Origin: Ruminococcus sp. | GTDB lineage: Bacteria; Bacillota; Clostridia; Oscillospirales; Ruminococcaceae | Direction: 5' to 3' | Assembly: GCA_017543595.1 (NCBI GenBank) | Contig: JAFYFU010000019.1 | Span: forward strand, 35,622-99,621 | DNA length: 64,000 nt | Shown here: one piece after another, positions 38,377-46,734 of the stretch | Layout of the letters: each line of letters starts with the position of its first letter | Position numbering within the stretch: the first letter of the stretch is position 1 | Made by a program: the position numbers and the translations under genes | The notes under the pieces: generated by a model | Seen by the model: only the letters and a program-made list of their open reading frames with translations | Database searches by the model: none | What the model was told of the DNA's origin: nothing

Positions 38377-40647
38377 TTATATCCTGACTGCGCCGACAGT
38401 CCATGTTACAGGCTGATTTCTGAGGTTTGCGGGCAAGTCCGTCATAAGACCCTGACCCGTGGGAATCATATATTTTATGCGGAATCCGCTTAGTCTGAGT
38501 TCTTCGGTTATGCTTTCCCTGTCAAAGAAAACATCATAGATATTATATTTTTCCCAGCCCTTTAAATGTTTTAACGGAAGTTCAAAATCTATGTTCGGAA
38601 CATCAAAAATAAGTATTCCGTCCTCGGTGAGAATATTTCTGAACTTATTGTAAATTATTTTTCTTGACGAATATTCAAAGTGCCTTATGTACCTGAAACA
38701 AGTTACTGCGTCATATTTTCCCTTTATTTTGTCGGCAATAACGTCAATCATTCCGACATCGGGGGGATTTGTGCTGCCCTTGAAACGGTTCTTGACGAGT
38801 TTAAGCATTTCTGCGCTTGCGTCTGCGGAAATGCATTTTCCGTGCCTGATACATTCAGCGGTAATTCTTCCGTCACCGCAGGCGACATCAATTATAAGCG
38901 GAGAAACTTCCCCGAAATAATTCTCAAATATTGCGCCTATGTTCTGTCTTTCGATAAAGTCAAAATATTTAAGTGCAGGTGAAGTGAATCTGTCCTGAGT
39001 ATAATTTTCCGCAATTTCAAGCTGACTGTAATATTCTTTCATAGCCCTGTGACCCATTACAAGGTATTTTCCGTCATTTTCAAGCCGTCTGTTCCATTCG
39101 TAGAGTGATACGGGCTTTACGGAGCGGTTTTTCTCGGCTTCGTGTTCTATTATATCGGTTATATTCTTATTGCAGATTATATCGTCAAGTCTCTGCTTTG
39201 TAACGGGCGTGAGGTAGTCATTATAGCGTTTCTTAATTTTTCTGAGTGCTGACGAGACGGATTTCTCGTCATTTTCGGCAACTTCTCCCATTCCGCATTT
39301 CTTGACGATTTCCGAAACTCCCGAAACAGATGTACATACAACGGGCATGAAATTCTTCATAGCCTCGATTGCGGACAGCGAGCAGGCATGATTATATTCA
39401 AGAGAATTGTACGGAATTATTATGCAGTCGATTTCCGAATAGAATTTCCCCATATTATAAGAACCGCTGATTATTTCGCAATTTGAAGAAACCGTCATTA
39501 TATAGGGCAGTTCAACGTTTTCATATCTCCATAGAATTTTGAATTTTATATCAGGGTTTGCCTTTATGACACTGCAAAGCAGATTTATGCCCCTTGCCTC
39601 GGACTGTTCAAGTTTCATGGGAGAGGACGCAAAGCCCACCGTAAATTTTTCAGGGGAAAATCTCCTGTTTCTCAGATATACTTTGCTGTCGGAAGTCAGG
39701 GGATAGGAAATCTCAGGTCTGCGGAAACCTTTTTCCTCCATGATATCTGCGGCTTTTTCGGATTGTACAAGATATCTGTGCTGTCCGAAATCGTTGAAAT
39801 GTATGAGTTCTTTCAGGGTATTTTCGCTTAAATTACTAAGGGGATTCTGTCCGCTCAATTTAAATATTATATGTTCCGCAAGCATTGAGCAGTTATCTTG
39901 AAGGACTATATTCGGGGTGGATTCGCAGAGTATGCAGAGTGACAGGTCAAGTGATTTTATTATCTCCCCTGCTCCCTTTTCGGGGACGAGCATAAGACCG
40001 CCTTTTATCTGCATTTCCGATATGCCTTTTTCGATAGAAATAAATTTAAGGTTATACGAGCAGGTTCTTTTGAGGAGCTTGTAAAGTTCAAGAGCCTCAT
40101 TTCTTACGGCATCTATACCCCTGCTCATGAGGAAATTCATGCATACTATGGCGACAGTGCCTTTTTTTCGGGTATTTTCAGAAATTTCGTCTATAATTTT
40201 CTTTCTGTATTCTTCTCCCCATGTTTCGAGGTTTTCGTCATCAACAGAGGAAATACCGCCCGTAAGCCTTGCAATGACGGAATTGTCTATTTCTCCCTTT
40301 ATGCTTGGGGATATCTGCTTTCTGAGTTCGGGTTCGGAAAGGCGCATATATTTATTCAGAGTATCATTTGTTGCGTTTATTTTTTCATTCAGCGCACGGA
40401 CTTCATTTTTCAATACTTCTGCGATATATTTTGTAACATCGTCATTTGCGTCAATTCTCTCCGAGAGTTCGGCAATACCCTTTGCGGATTCCTTATTGAA
40501 ATTATTCTGTCTTTCTCCGAAGGGATTCACATACCAGAAAGTTAATTTTCTTCCGAGCCTGCGGAAAATATTTCCTATACCGCCTTCGGGGAGTTCTCCC
40601 TGATTATAGGATTCGGCATTTTTCTTTATCTTATCATATTCACTCAT
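38377..40647 (-). CDS. Coiled-coil / GT-B glycosyltransferase-like / class I SAM methyltransferase fusion
   Basis: N-terminal helical segment; SLSAIEAM..MPVV.TSV.G..E GT4-like motif; IIDVACGDGR, DASAEML, YDAVTCFRYIRH MTase motifs. Confidence 0.72.
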   Translation of the reverse strand: MSEYDKIKKNAESYNQGELPEGGIGNIFRRLGRKLTFWYVNPFGERQNNFNKESAKGIAELSERIDANDDVTKYIAEVLKNEVRALNEKINATNDTLNKYMRLSEPELRKQISPSIKGEIDNSVIARLTGGISSVDDENLETWGEEYRKKIIDEISENTRKKGTVAIVCMNFLMSRGIDAVRNEALELYKLLKRTCSYNLKFISIEKGISEMQIKGGLMLVPEKGAGEIIKSLDLSLCILCESTPNIVLQDNCSMLAEHIIFKLSGQNPLSNLSENTLKELIHFNDFGQHRYLVQSEKAADIMEEKGFRRPEISYPLTSDSKVYLRNRRFSPEKFTVGFASSPMKLEQSEARGINLLCSVIKANPDIKFKILWRYENVELPYIMTVSSNCEIISGSYNMGKFYSEIDCIIIPYNSLEYNHACSLSAIEAMKNFMPVVCTSVSGVSEIVKKCGMGEVAENDEKSVSSALRKIKKRYNDYLTPVTKQRLDDIICNKNITDIIEHEAEKNRSVKPVSLYEWNRRLENDGKYLVMGHRAMKEYYSQLEIAENYTQDRFTSPALKYFDFIERQNIGAIFENYFGEVSPLIIDVACGDGRITAECIRHGKCISADASAEMLKLVKNRFKGSTNPPDVGMIDVIADKIKGKYDAVTCFRYIRHFEYSSRKIIYNKFRNILTEDGILIFDVPNIDFELPLKHLKGWEKYNIYDVFFDRESITEELRLSGFRIKYMIPTGQGLMTDLPANLRNQPVTWTVGAVRI

Positions 40648-40715
40648 ATTAATCTCCTGTTCAATTTAAATTCGGAATTTCATATTTACTCACATTGATT
40701 TTTTATTTAACTATC

Positions 40716-40818
40716 AGTGACGTAAGTGACCTTAATTCTCTTTTTATACTCTTTTAAAAAAAAAATATAAATATAAATAAGATATATAAAACGGGTCATT
40801 TTAGTCACTAAGGTCACT
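40716..40818. repeat. Inverted 9-bp-periodic repeats flanking AT-rich core
   Basis: AGTGAC at 40716 and 40725; GTCA at 40795, 40804, 40813. Confidence 0.7.
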
Positions 40819-40837
40819 TTTATTTAAAAATTCCGCA

Positions 40838-42040
40838 TTAATCAAAAGTCCACTTATGGTCAAGCTTTGCAACTCCTACTTCATCAATCGTTGAATAAAC
40901 CGTAAACTCAACGGCTTTCGCCTTATAGTCATATGCGAACATATCCTTTGAACGTATGGCAATATCAAGCCGATAAGAGCCTTTGACAAAGTTCAGCTTG
41001 TCTATTTCGCAGGTTATTTCTCCCTGCTCTTTGAGATTTATATAGTCTATTCTCTCACGGACGGTATTTGTTCCGTAGCAGTTGAGGTTATCGCTCCTGT
41101 AAAAAGCAAGCCCTATTAAAACTCCGTCAAGCTTTGAGGGGTCTGCTTTGTAATATATTTTAAGGGTAACTTTTTCGCCTGTCCTGTACTTGCATGAAGC
41201 TGTGCCGTCCTCGCCGATGATTTCGGCTTTGGTAATTTCTGCGAAAAATTCCTTTTCCTGATTCTCCTCTTTTACTTCCTGAGATTTCGGAGCGGTTTTG
41301 GTATTTCTGCGTTTCAAGCCCATATATTCGAGATATTTCGGGTGTACTTCATTCGGACTTCCGTCCATTCTGATTTTCCCCTTGTCAATCCAGACGGTTC
41401 GCCCGCAAATCTGCTCAACCTGAGAGAGAGAATGTGAAACTATCACGATTGTAGTGCCTTTGGATTTTATATCGAGCATTTTCTCAAAGCATTTCGCCTG
41501 AAAAGCCGCATCGCCCACGGCGAGTATCTCATCTACCAGAAGAATATCAGCGTCAACGTTTATGGCAACCGAAAACGCAAGCCTCGTGTACATTCCCGAA
41601 GAATAAGTCCTCACGGGATTGTCTATAAATTCTTCAAGTTCGGAAAATTCTATTATATCATCAATTCTGCTTTCGATTTCTTTTCTTGTCAGTCCGAAAA
41701 TAGAAGCATTTGTATAAATATTTTCCCTGCCCGTCATATCGGGGTGAAATCCTGCACCGAGTTCCAGAAGGCTTGAAATTCTGCCCGTAATCTTAATATT
41801 TCCGCTGTCGGGATAGATTATCTTGGTCAGGAGTTTTAACAAGGTGCTTTTTCCGCACCCGTTATGCCCGACAAGTCCGACAGCCTCGCCCTTTTCTATA
41901 TCGAAAGATATGCCGTCAAGGATAACTCTTTCTTCATATCTTCTGCGATTGCTGAAAAGAAGTTTTTCCTTAATGGTCTGACCCTTGTCAAAATAGACTT
42001 TAAAGCTTTTCTTAACATCTCTTACTTCAATGACAGCCAT
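40838..42040 (-). CDS. wzt: ABC polysaccharide exporter ATP-binding subunit with C-terminal domain (Wzt/TagH-like)
   Basis: GHNGCGKST, YSSGMYTRLAF, ILLVDEILAVGD; ~150-aa Wzt_C-like extension. Confidence 0.9.
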   Translation of the reverse strand: MAVIEVRDVKKSFKVYFDKGQTIKEKLLFSNRRRYEERVILDGISFDIEKGEAVGLVGHNGCGKSTLLKLLTKIIYPDSGNIKITGRISSLLELGAGFHPDMTGRENIYTNASIFGLTRKEIESRIDDIIEFSELEEFIDNPVRTYSSGMYTRLAFSVAINVDADILLVDEILAVGDAAFQAKCFEKMLDIKSKGTTIVIVSHSLSQVEQICGRTVWIDKGKIRMDGSPNEVHPKYLEYMGLKRRNTKTAPKSQEVKEENQEKEFFAEITKAEIIGEDGTASCKYRTGEKVTLKIYYKADPSKLDGVLIGLAFYRSDNLNCYGTNTVRERIDYINLKEQGEITCEIDKLNFVKGSYRLDIAIRSKDMFAYDYKAKAVEFTVYSTIDEVGVAKLDHKWTFD

Positions 42041-42816
42041 TATAATTCCTCCGCAAAGTGCTTTTTAAGCTTTCCGAATATTAAAAGCCCTGCAAAAAAT
42101 ATAATCATGCTTTCGGCAAAGGCAAGGAAAACTATTTTAAATTCGGGGAACGTCCCGCAGTACAATATATCCCTGTATGCGATTATGACGGGCGACATGG
42201 GATTTATTAAATACAATGACATATACTTTTCGGGAATATAACTCACAGGATAAACAACAGGCGATACATACATAAGAGCCATATTCAGGACAGACATTAT
42301 ATGCTCCAAATCACGCAGATATACCGTAAGCGATGAAGTTATAAGAGTTACTCCTGCGACAAGAAAAAGCTGTATAATCATTATTACGGGGAGCATTAAA
42401 AGCGGTGCGGATTTCAGTTCCATAGGGGATATAAAATAAACCGCAAAAATAACTATGAAAGACAATGCCATATTTACGAAACTGCTCAAAGTATAGGAAA
42501 GAGGAAGTACCTCACGGGGAAAGTATATTTTTTTAACCATATTTGCCTGACCAAGTACGGCTTTTGAACCTGTTGTAAGGGCTGAGGAAAAAAATATCCA
42601 CGGAACAAGTGCTACAAACAAGTGCATATAGTAATTTGGCATGGGGTTTTTGAGTATCACCTGAAAGACAAGAGTATACACACCAAGCTGCAAAAGCGGA
42701 TTTATGAAAGTCCAGAGAAAACCCAGTACAGAGCCTTTATATCTGCCTTTCAAATCTTTTTTGACAAGTGAAACCGTCATTGTCCTGTACATATACAATT
42801 CCCTTATAAGTTGCAT
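42040..42816 (-). CDS. wzm: ABC polysaccharide exporter permease (Wzm/TagG-like)
   Basis: DLKGRYKGSVLGFLWTFINP, VKKIYFPR, NPM; start ATG 42816 after AGGAGG; promoter TTGCAT-17-TATAAT at 42855-42883. Confidence 0.9.
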   Translation of the reverse strand: MQLIRELYMYRTMTVSLVKKDLKGRYKGSVLGFLWTFINPLLQLGVYTLVFQVILKNPMPNYYMHLFVALVPWIFFSSALTTGSKAVLGQANMVKKIYFPREVLPLSYTLSSFVNMALSFIVIFAVYFISPMELKSAPLLMLPVIMIIQLFLVAGVTLITSSLTVYLRDLEHIMSVLNMALMYVSPVVYPVSYIPEKYMSLYLINPMSPVIIAYRDILYCGTFPEFKIVFLAFAESMIIFFAGLLIFGKLKKHFAEEL

Positions 42817-42940
42817 TTCAGCCTCCTGTAAAAAATCTTCATAATCTAACATATATTATATCAGATTTTTTATTAAAATGCAAGTTCAAATTAAAACTGC
42901 CCCATATTTCAGGGACAGCAGATTTTTAAATTTATTTAAA

Positions 42941-43741
42941 TTATTCTTCTTCGGGTATTCCTGAGATTGTGAAATTAACTTCAACTTCTTTCCAAGTTGA
43001 GAAATCCGATTTATTTACAATCATTGGAGAATAAGCGGCGGCGGCTTCTGTCGGTGTGCCGTCAACAACAAGTGCGCCCTCTGTCGATACTGCATCTTCG
43101 GGGAGAGAATCAACCCAGCCGTTATATATATTTGACCTGAGTTCTTTTCCGTCATCGGAAGATGTATAATTCTTTGCGGTCATTTCAATTTCCTGACCGT
43201 CAATCTTGATTGAATCAATGGTTATAACCGCATCGGGGAACAGAGTTTTTCCGTCCTTAATCATAACAGCCGCAAACATAAGACCTGACGGAACTGCACC
43301 CGAATCCGTTGCATCTCCCGTGGTATCATAGCGGAAACCGTTCGTATCGGTTGTTACGCTTACGGTATAGCTTCCGTTGCCCTCTATATGGGGAACTCCT
43401 GCGTTATATGTGAGCATAGTGTCAGCTGCGCCCCAATACTGAATCCAGCCCTGTTCTTCATTTATGGCAAGATAAGCGTCACCTGATTCAGCGACAACGG
43501 GGTCTTCAAATTCAACATCATCTGCAACGGCAATCGGAACAGCTTCTTCCTCGGTTGTATCCTCGGTGACTTCTTCGCTTGATTCTTCGGTAGCTTCCTC
43601 AGTTGCCTCTGCGCTTGATTCCTCTGCCTTTGATGACTCGGCAGTTGATGAAGAACTGTTTTCCGTGGCTGTTCCTCCGCAGGATACAAAAGCCGAACAC
43701 ACAACAGCCGATAAAATAACACATGAAATTAACTTTCTCAT
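42941..43741 (-). CDS. Lipoprotein with uncharacterised Trp-containing beta-rich domain
   Basis: Lipobox FVSC; S/E/A/T linker; WIQYWG, GNGSYTV, RSNIYNGWV. Confidence 0.75.
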   Translation of the reverse strand: MRKLISCVILSAVVCSAFVSCGGTATENSSSSTAESSKAEESSAEATEEATEESSEEVTEDTTEEEAVPIAVADDVEFEDPVVAESGDAYLAINEEQGWIQYWGAADTMLTYNAGVPHIEGNGSYTVSVTTDTNGFRYDTTGDATDSGAVPSGLMFAAVMIKDGKTLFPDAVITIDSIKIDGQEIEMTAKNYTSSDDGKELRSNIYNGWVDSLPEDAVSTEGALVVDGTPTEAAAAYSPMIVNKSDFSTWKEVEVNFTISGIPEEE

Positions 43742-43748
43742 AAGAACA

Positions 43749-43848
43749 CCTCATTTAAAATCGTCAAATTTGCGCTTTTAGGGCTTGTGCTTTCGTTCAC
43801 TCCGCTTTGCTGCGTTCACTTTCAGCACAAGGCGCAAATTTTCCTCCC
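43749..43848. repeat. REP-like structured repeat copy forming the lipoprotein 5' UTR
   Basis: AAATTTGCGC/GCGCAAATTT and CTTGTGC/GCACAAG arms; minus-strand promoter TTGACA-17-TACAAT at 43865-43893. Confidence 0.8.
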
Positions 43849-43970
43849 AAAATCAATTAACATAATTGTATCATGTTTTTCGGAATTTGTCAAGTTATCA
43901 TGCATATAATACAAAAAATACGCAATAATATTATTGCTCCGCATTTAAAAGATATTCAGGAGGTGATTCA

Positions 43971-44987
43971 GTGGCTGAATATATCGGTCAGGGAGTTTTC
44001 ACTCTTTCAAATCCCGTCAGAATCGAGAGTTACGCCTCTGTCGCAGGCAAAAAAGAATCAGAAGGTCCTCTCGGTTATTGTTTTGATGAAATCATTCAGG
44101 ACAGCCATTTCGGAAAACAGACTTGGGAACAGGCAGAAAGTCAGTTTCAGCTTGAAGCGGTAAGTCTCGCCGTCAGAAAAGCAAACCTTACAAAAGAAAA
44201 CATAGATATCATTTGTTCGGGCGATTTGATAAATCAGTGCATAGGCTCGGCATACGGTCTCAGGGAACTTGAAATACCGTTCATGGGGATTTACGGGGCT
44301 TGTTCAACTATGGCGGAGGGTCTTTTAACATCATCTGCATTTATAGATTCGGGAATGGCAAAACGTGCAACAGCCGTTACTTCTTCTCATTTTTCGACCG
44401 CAGAAAGACAATTCCGTGCGCCTTTATCCTACGGCGGACAAAGAACACCTACTTCCCAATGGACTTGCACGGCTTCGGGAGCGGTAATATTATCCTCGGA
44501 AAAAGGAAAATCCGCCGTGACGGGCGGTTGTATCGGGAAAATTGCCGATATGGGCATAAGCGATATGACAAATATGGGCAGTGCAATGGCTCCTGCGGCT
44601 GCCGAAACTTTAAGGCGTTACCTTGAATCAACAAATACAAATCCCGAAAACTATGACTATATAGTAACGGGCGACCTCGGAACTGTCGGAAGTACCCTGT
44701 TTCTTGAATTAATGCAGAATACGGGCAGAAATTTAACCAATCACAAAGACTGCGGAGTTATGATATTTGACAGCGAAAAACAGGACACTCAATGCGGAGG
44801 TTCGGGGTGCGGTTGCAGTGCAGGCGTTCTCTGCGGATATTTCCTCCCCATGCTTGAAAACGGCAAAGCCGAAAATATTTTATTTATTGCAACAGGTGCT
44901 TTAATGTCGCCAATGTCATTACAGCAGGGTGAATCAATTCCCTCAATTGCACATCTCGTAAACATAAGGAGAATTTATGATAACTGA
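43971..44987 (+). CDS. spoVAD: Stage V sporulation protein AD
   Basis: GKKESEGPL, WEQAES, GDLINQC, GACSTMAE, SSHF.TAERQFR.P, GGSGCGCS. Confidence 0.95.
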   Translation: MAEYIGQGVFTLSNPVRIESYASVAGKKESEGPLGYCFDEIIQDSHFGKQTWEQAESQFQLEAVSLAVRKANLTKENIDIICSGDLINQCIGSAYGLRELEIPFMGIYGACSTMAEGLLTSSAFIDSGMAKRATAVTSSHFSTAERQFRAPLSYGGQRTPTSQWTCTASGAVILSSEKGKSAVTGGCIGKIADMGISDMTNMGSAMAPAAAETLRRYLESTNTNPENYDYIVTGDLGTVGSTLFLELMQNTGRNLTNHKDCGVMIFDSEKQDTQCGGSGCGCSAGVLCGYFLPMLENGKAENILFIATGALMSPMSLQQGESIPSIAHLVNIRRIYDN

Positions 44988-45339
44988 AATTATAAGGGCA
45001 TTTCTCATAGGCGGAACAATCTGCGCCATAGGTCAGCTTTTAATAGACTATACAAAACTGACACCCGCAAGAATTTTAACGGGCTTTGTCGTTGCGGGAG
45101 TTATTCTCTCGGCACTCGGAATATATCAGCCGATAGCGGATTTTGCAGGAGCAGGGGCAAGCGTTCCCCTTACGGGATTCGGTCATCTGCTTGCGGAAGG
45201 CATAAGAAAAGCCGTGGACAGGGACGGCTTCATAGGAATACTCACAGGCGGAATGACTGCGGCGGCAGGCGGAATTACTGCGGCTTTGCTTTTCGGGCTT
45301 TTATCGGCATTTATTTTCAGGCAGAAAGACAAGGCATAA
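44977..45339 (+). CDS. spoVAE: Stage V sporulation protein AE (SpoVAC/VAEb family)
   Basis: AFLIGG.IC.IGQLLID.TKLTPARIL, AGAGASVPLTGFGH. Confidence 0.9.
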   Translation: MITEIIRAFLIGGTICAIGQLLIDYTKLTPARILTGFVVAGVILSALGIYQPIADFAGAGASVPLTGFGHLLAEGIRKAVDRDGFIGILTGGMTAAAGGITAALLFGLLSAFIFRQKDKA

Positions 45340-45371
45340 AAAAACGGCTTACCTATTGGTAAACCGAATTC

Positions 45372-45458
45372 TGGTGCGAGTGACGGGACTTGAACCCACA
45401 CGTCGTTTCCAACACTAGCACCTCAAGCTAGCCTGTCTGCCTATTCCAGCACACTCGC
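45372..45458 (-). tRNA. tRNA-Leu(GAG)
   Basis: GCGAGTG acceptor stem, anticodon arm CTAGC-TTGAGGT-GCTAG, long variable arm, GGTTCAAGTCC T-loop, encoded CCA. Confidence 0.95.
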
Positions 45459-45589
45459 ATATAACCTCTGTCTCACGACTGCTTTATTATTATATCACAA
45501 GGATTTTGATTTGTCAAGTGTTTTTTGAAAAAAATTTCAGAAATTTTAAAAAAATTTTCTGCTGTCCTAAAAGACAGCAGAATTTTTTA

Positions 45590-46249
45590 TTATTCCAATC
45601 TCCAATTATGAAGAATAAACCATACATATTCATCGCCTGCATTGCTTATTTTAAGCCATTGACAATTCTCAACATTAACAGTAAAATCAAAAGGAACTGT
45701 TGTTCTCGTCAATTCATCAGTAGTGTATATTATATTATTGTCGGCTGATATGTACAATTGTCTTGACCTATCTTTGTCTGTAATATCATCTATTGCAATT
45801 GTACCACTCAAAGTTTTATATTTTCCCCCAAGATAATAAATACCATATGATTCATGGTTTAACGTACTGCCACCCAAAAGGTTTAAATGTCCTGTATATT
45901 TATTTCCAAGTGTATCTTCTCTACTACTGTCATCTCCGATATATCCTTCTGTAACCTTCAATTCATCAAGATATACAACAGACGGTTCAGCAGGCTGTGG
46001 TATTTCTTCAACAGATGATTCATCAGCAACATTAATCTCAGGCGAAACATTATTTTCAGCAGGAATTGTTTCTTCGGGCTTTACTTCAACAACAGATGAT
46101 TTTATTTGAGATGAAGAACTTTCAGATTTATCATTAAACCAAGATTCTTTTATCTGTCCCAGATTTGCAAAAAATGCCACTACTGCACCTACGCCGAGTA
46201 TAATTGTTGTAATGCTAAATGCTGTTTTTTTGTTTTTTAAATCTCCCAT
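45590..46249 (-). CDS. Membrane-anchored protein with NPCBM/NEW2-like C-terminal domain
   Basis: N-terminal TM, S/E/P linker, YLDEL, Y.LGGKYKTLSG.I..DD, FTVNV..C.WLKI; start ATG 46249. Confidence 0.7.
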   Translation of the reverse strand: MGDLKNKKTAFSITTIILGVGAVVAFFANLGQIKESWFNDKSESSSSQIKSSVVEVKPEETIPAENNVSPEINVADESSVEEIPQPAEPSVVYLDELKVTEGYIGDDSSREDTLGNKYTGHLNLLGGSTLNHESYGIYYLGGKYKTLSGTIAIDDITDKDRSRQLYISADNNIIYTTDELTRTTVPFDFTVNVENCQWLKISNAGDEYVWFILHNWRLE

Positions 46250-46389
46250 AAAACAACCTCTTTTCTTTGAAATCAATTCTATAAGATGTATTTTTATAAA
46301 TTATACCATAAATAAAATTGAATGTCAACAATAAAATGCAATATATGATATAATTTCATTATATTAAACAATGGAAAAGAGTGCTGTTT

Positions 46390-46704
46390 ATGGGATATTA
46401 CCAAAGATTAAAAGACCTCAAAGAAGATGCAGACCTGACACAAAAAGATGTAGCCGAAATAATCGGCGTTTCCGTAAATCACTATGGAAAATATGAACGT
46501 GGGGAAACTGACATTCCTTTTGAAAAAGTAATATCACTTGCCGAATATTACGGTGTATCACTTGATTATATCGCAGGACGAACAAATTCCAAAAACCCAA
46601 ATGAAAATTTAACTATTTCAGATATATATAATAAACTCAGCGAAAGAGACAAGGGAAAACTTGAACTTTTCGCAGAAATGCTTATGGATAAAAGATTAAC
46701 ATAA
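46390..46704 (+). CDS. XRE-family HTH regulator
   Basis: RLKDLKEDADLTQKDVA...YGKYERGETDIP...LAEYYGVSLDYI. Confidence 0.92.
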   Translation: MGYYQRLKDLKEDADLTQKDVAEIIGVSVNHYGKYERGETDIPFEKVISLAEYYGVSLDYIAGRTNSKNPNENLTISDIYNKLSERDKGKLELFAEMLMDKRLT

Positions 46705-46734
46705 AAAATCCCCCTTTTCAGGGGGTATTTTTTT
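46703..46734. terminator. Bidirectional terminator, sequence shared with 27105-27133
   Basis: AAAAAATCCCCCTTTTCAGGGGG hairpin. Confidence 0.8.

Noticed and set aside
45372-46704. tRNA-integrated genomic island
   Set aside because: The accessory genes lie on the 5' side of the tRNA. I saw no duplicated tRNA 3' end (att site) and no integrase.
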